40,254 bases of DNA from a virus (Duplodnaviria; Heunggongvirae; Uroviricota; Caudoviricetes): the IMG/VR virus record IMGVR_UViG_2541047843_000009. One strand, 5' to 3'. The position numbers and the translations under genes are program-made. Every line of letters begins with the position of its first letter. Positions within the stretch are counted from its first letter, which is position 1. This document shows positions 35,539 through 40,254 of this stretch, one piece after another. Below the pieces are notes generated by a model, which was given only the letters and a program-made list of their open reading frames with translations, was not told where the DNA came from and did no database searches.

Positions 35539-37601
35539 ACGGCCTCTTTTAATTGCCTGTCATTTAATTCTTTATGCCATATGCGGAAATTGCGAATATG
35601 GCCAAACAGATGTCGTTCTCCAGTATTCGTCTGCCCTCCAAATCGGATATTTTTATCAGCGGTCACGCCATTATATTCACAATAAACTTCATTAACCGCT
35701 TTACCATTTGTCACCACATGAAAGTGACCATCAGCTTTTGCAATACATCCAAATGTGGTTTTCTCTGCAAATACATCTGTCGCTGCGCTATTAACATACG
35801 AGCCTGAAGGGTTTGACAGACTCATATATAACTTACCACTACCTCTGTTGATTGCTGCAATTGCTGATTGCCCGGTATTGGCTGCTGCTATATCCCACAC
35901 GCGGGGTGCGGCGTTTGGTGCAATATCCCAGTTTTTATGAATCTCAAGTAAAAAAGTAAATGGTAACTTATAAAGATTATTTCTGGTGGGGATACTAACC
36001 AAATCACTGGCTCTTGTCGTTGCGCTGCCTCCTGAAATAATAAATGATGATACACACGGCCCATTCTCTACTTGTGGGGTGGCAAGATAAATATAGTCAC
36101 CAGATACTGTTGCCCCACCCTGCTTAGGAGAATACTGTATCTGAGAGCCTATTTTTAACTCACCATCAATTGCCTGAATCGTTGCCTCTGCAAAAATCCA
36201 GCCTGTGGTCTTATCCTTCCTGACTCGTGCCGTAATTCTGCCGGAAGCACCACCTGTCATATTAATTTCAAGCGTTTGCGTATCAATGTACGCATCGCCA
36301 AGAAAAGTTGTTGCACTACCATCATACTTATCAAACCGGATACGTAACCTTACCTGTCGTTCTGTTTTAAAACGACATGAGGTTGTCACGTACTTGTTAT
36401 CGCCTGAGACATCAACTGACTTTGTTGCAGCAATTGATGCCATATTAATAGCCGAGGTTTGCCCAATCAGAGAATCGTTGCAGACAAACTTTCCATATGT
36501 AAAACCAAAACAATCCGTCCCGGTTTCGGGCACATCCATGTTTGACGACCTCCCCCAGCTGGCTGGACTTTCCGAATTGAGCATGTAGTTCGTTCTTTGC
36601 CCCTCAATAAGCAGGCCATCACACTCAAATCGCGGCTCATTAATTTCCGCCGTTTTCAGTTCGCCAGATTTGTTGATATATGTTGCCGTTGATGCGCGAC
36701 TGAAATTAACCTGTTTATCATCGGCGACCTGAACCACATCGTCACCAATGGCTATTTTTTTATAGCCCGGAGAAAACCCCGCAATCATATCCAGTGAATC
36801 GTTAAACGGTATCCACACATCAGGCAGCGGCGGCACTATATTCGCATAGGGCTCTGCAGTCACCTCCGCAGCGGCTTCTGCGCGGTCTGCCGCCTTTTCA
36901 GCTCGTGTCGCTGCTAACAGAGCCTCATCCTTTTTCTGCCCGGCCTTTGTTGCGTCTGCTGCGGCCTCCCGCGCTTTTGTGGTGGCAGTTTCAGCTGCAG
37001 TTGTCGCTGATGATGCTTCACGACGTGCTGCGTCAGCATTTTCTGCGGATTTCTCCTCTGACGCCCGGGCATTAGTCTCTGAAAGTGATGCTGATGTTGC
37101 TGCTTTTTCTGATGCTGTTTTAGAAGATGCAGCAGCTTTCGCGCTGTTACCTGCATTCGTCTCTGATGTTTTCGCCGCGTTCCTGGACGATGCCGCTGCA
37201 GTTTCGGATTTCTTTGCCGCCGCTGCGCTCTGAGAGGCGACTTCAGCGTTGCGTGCCGCCTCTTCCACCATCTTTTCAAAACGATACAGTGCCTCCGGAC
37301 GAACATCATCTTCTGTTGCAGCGCCCAGAAAATCATTCAATGTCCCCGGTTTAGAATCCTCATACACGGTAATGGTCCCGGCATGTGAAGGCGGAAAACC
37401 TTCAACCAACAGGGTGACGCTGTACTGGCCATACTCAACATCCATGCTGTAACGCCCGGCTTCATCCGGATTTTCAGAGGCCACCGTGTTCACCAGTACC
37501 GTGGTGCTGTTACGTTTTGCTTTGAGCTGAATGGTGCAGTTCTGTATCGGTTTTCCTGCACCGTCTTTCAGCACGCCTGAAATCTGTACTGCCATATTCA
37601 C
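35535..37601 (-). CDS. stf: Lambdoid side tail fibre protein
   Basis: N-terminus MAVQISGVLKDGAGKPIQNCTIQLKA... matches lambda Stf; Ala/Ser-rich low-complexity shaft; distinct C-terminal domain. Confidence 0.85.
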   Translation of the reverse strand: MNMAVQISGVLKDGAGKPIQNCTIQLKAKRNSTTVLVNTVASENPDEAGRYSMDVEYGQYSVTLLVEGFPPSHAGTITVYEDSKPGTLNDFLGAATEDDVRPEALYRFEKMVEEAARNAEVASQSAAAAKKSETAAASSRNAAKTSETNAGNSAKAAASSKTASEKAATSASLSETNARASEEKSAENADAARREASSATTAAETATTKAREAAADATKAGQKKDEALLAATRAEKAADRAEAAAEVTAEPYANIVPPLPDVWIPFNDSLDMIAGFSPGYKKIAIGDDVVQVADDKQVNFSRASTATYINKSGELKTAEINEPRFECDGLLIEGQRTNYMLNSESPASWGRSSNMDVPETGTDCFGFTYGKFVCNDSLIGQTSAINMASIAATKSVDVSGDNKYVTTSCRFKTERQVRLRIRFDKYDGSATTFLGDAYIDTQTLEINMTGGASGRITARVRKDKTTGWIFAEATIQAIDGELKIGSQIQYSPKQGGATVSGDYIYLATPQVENGPCVSSFIISGGSATTRASDLVSIPTRNNLYKLPFTFLLEIHKNWDIAPNAAPRVWDIAAANTGQSAIAAINRGSGKLYMSLSNPSGSYVNSAATDVFAEKTTFGCIAKADGHFHVVTNGKAVNEVYCEYNGVTADKNIRFGGQTNTGERHLFGHIRNFRIWHKELNDRQLKEAV

Positions 37602-37610
37602 TCCACAAAT

Positions 37611-37635
37611 AAAAAAGGCGCCATTTCTGGCGCCC
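37611..37635 (-). terminator. Hairpin with T-tract between J and stf
   Basis: ggcgcc-atttct-ggcgcc followed on the minus strand by six T. Confidence 0.5.
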
Positions 37636-37653
37636 GTATTTGGGTTATAAAAT

Positions 37654-40254
<2,601 letters not shown>

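Noticed and set aside
36914-37336. 140-aa and 84-aa alternative-frame ORFs
   Set aside because: Lie in the Ala/Ser-rich low-complexity shaft of stf in other frames; composition artefact.

Overview
The window is almost entirely prophage DNA, read by eye with no searches run. (1) Positions 1-32282 hold a near-complete P2/186-family temperate phage in prophage gene order: ogr, D, U, T, E/E', FII, FI; a Gin-type invertible tail-fibre module; H, I, J, W, V, S, R, lysC/lysB/lysA, K, holin, X, L, M, N, O on the minus strand; P and Q on the plus strand; an AT-rich cargo ORF; a candidate cos site; a dinI-like gene, replication gene A, a Dam-like methylase, a TraR-like gene, cII and apl; then cI and int, an AT-rich membrane ORF, and a 45-nt copy of the tmRNA (ssrA) 3' end at 32238-32282 that looks like the att core. 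(2) Positions 32283-35250 are an AT-rich accessory patch with an rnlA/rnlB-like toxin-antitoxin pair, a small hydrophobic ORF, and the decayed remains of a second pin/tfa inversion system. (3) Positions 35260-40254 are the tail-fibre end of a lambdoid prophage (side tail fibre stf and the C-terminal 860 codons of J, running off the window). The best candidate for an undescribed system is the orphan 469-aa AT-rich ORF at 22057-23466, sitting between the portal gene and cos where P2-like phages carry variable defence cargo; I could not assign it to any family. A second candidate is the 222-aa three-helix membrane ORF wedged between int and the att core. No CRISPR array, rRNA or intact tRNA/tmRNA gene was seen.
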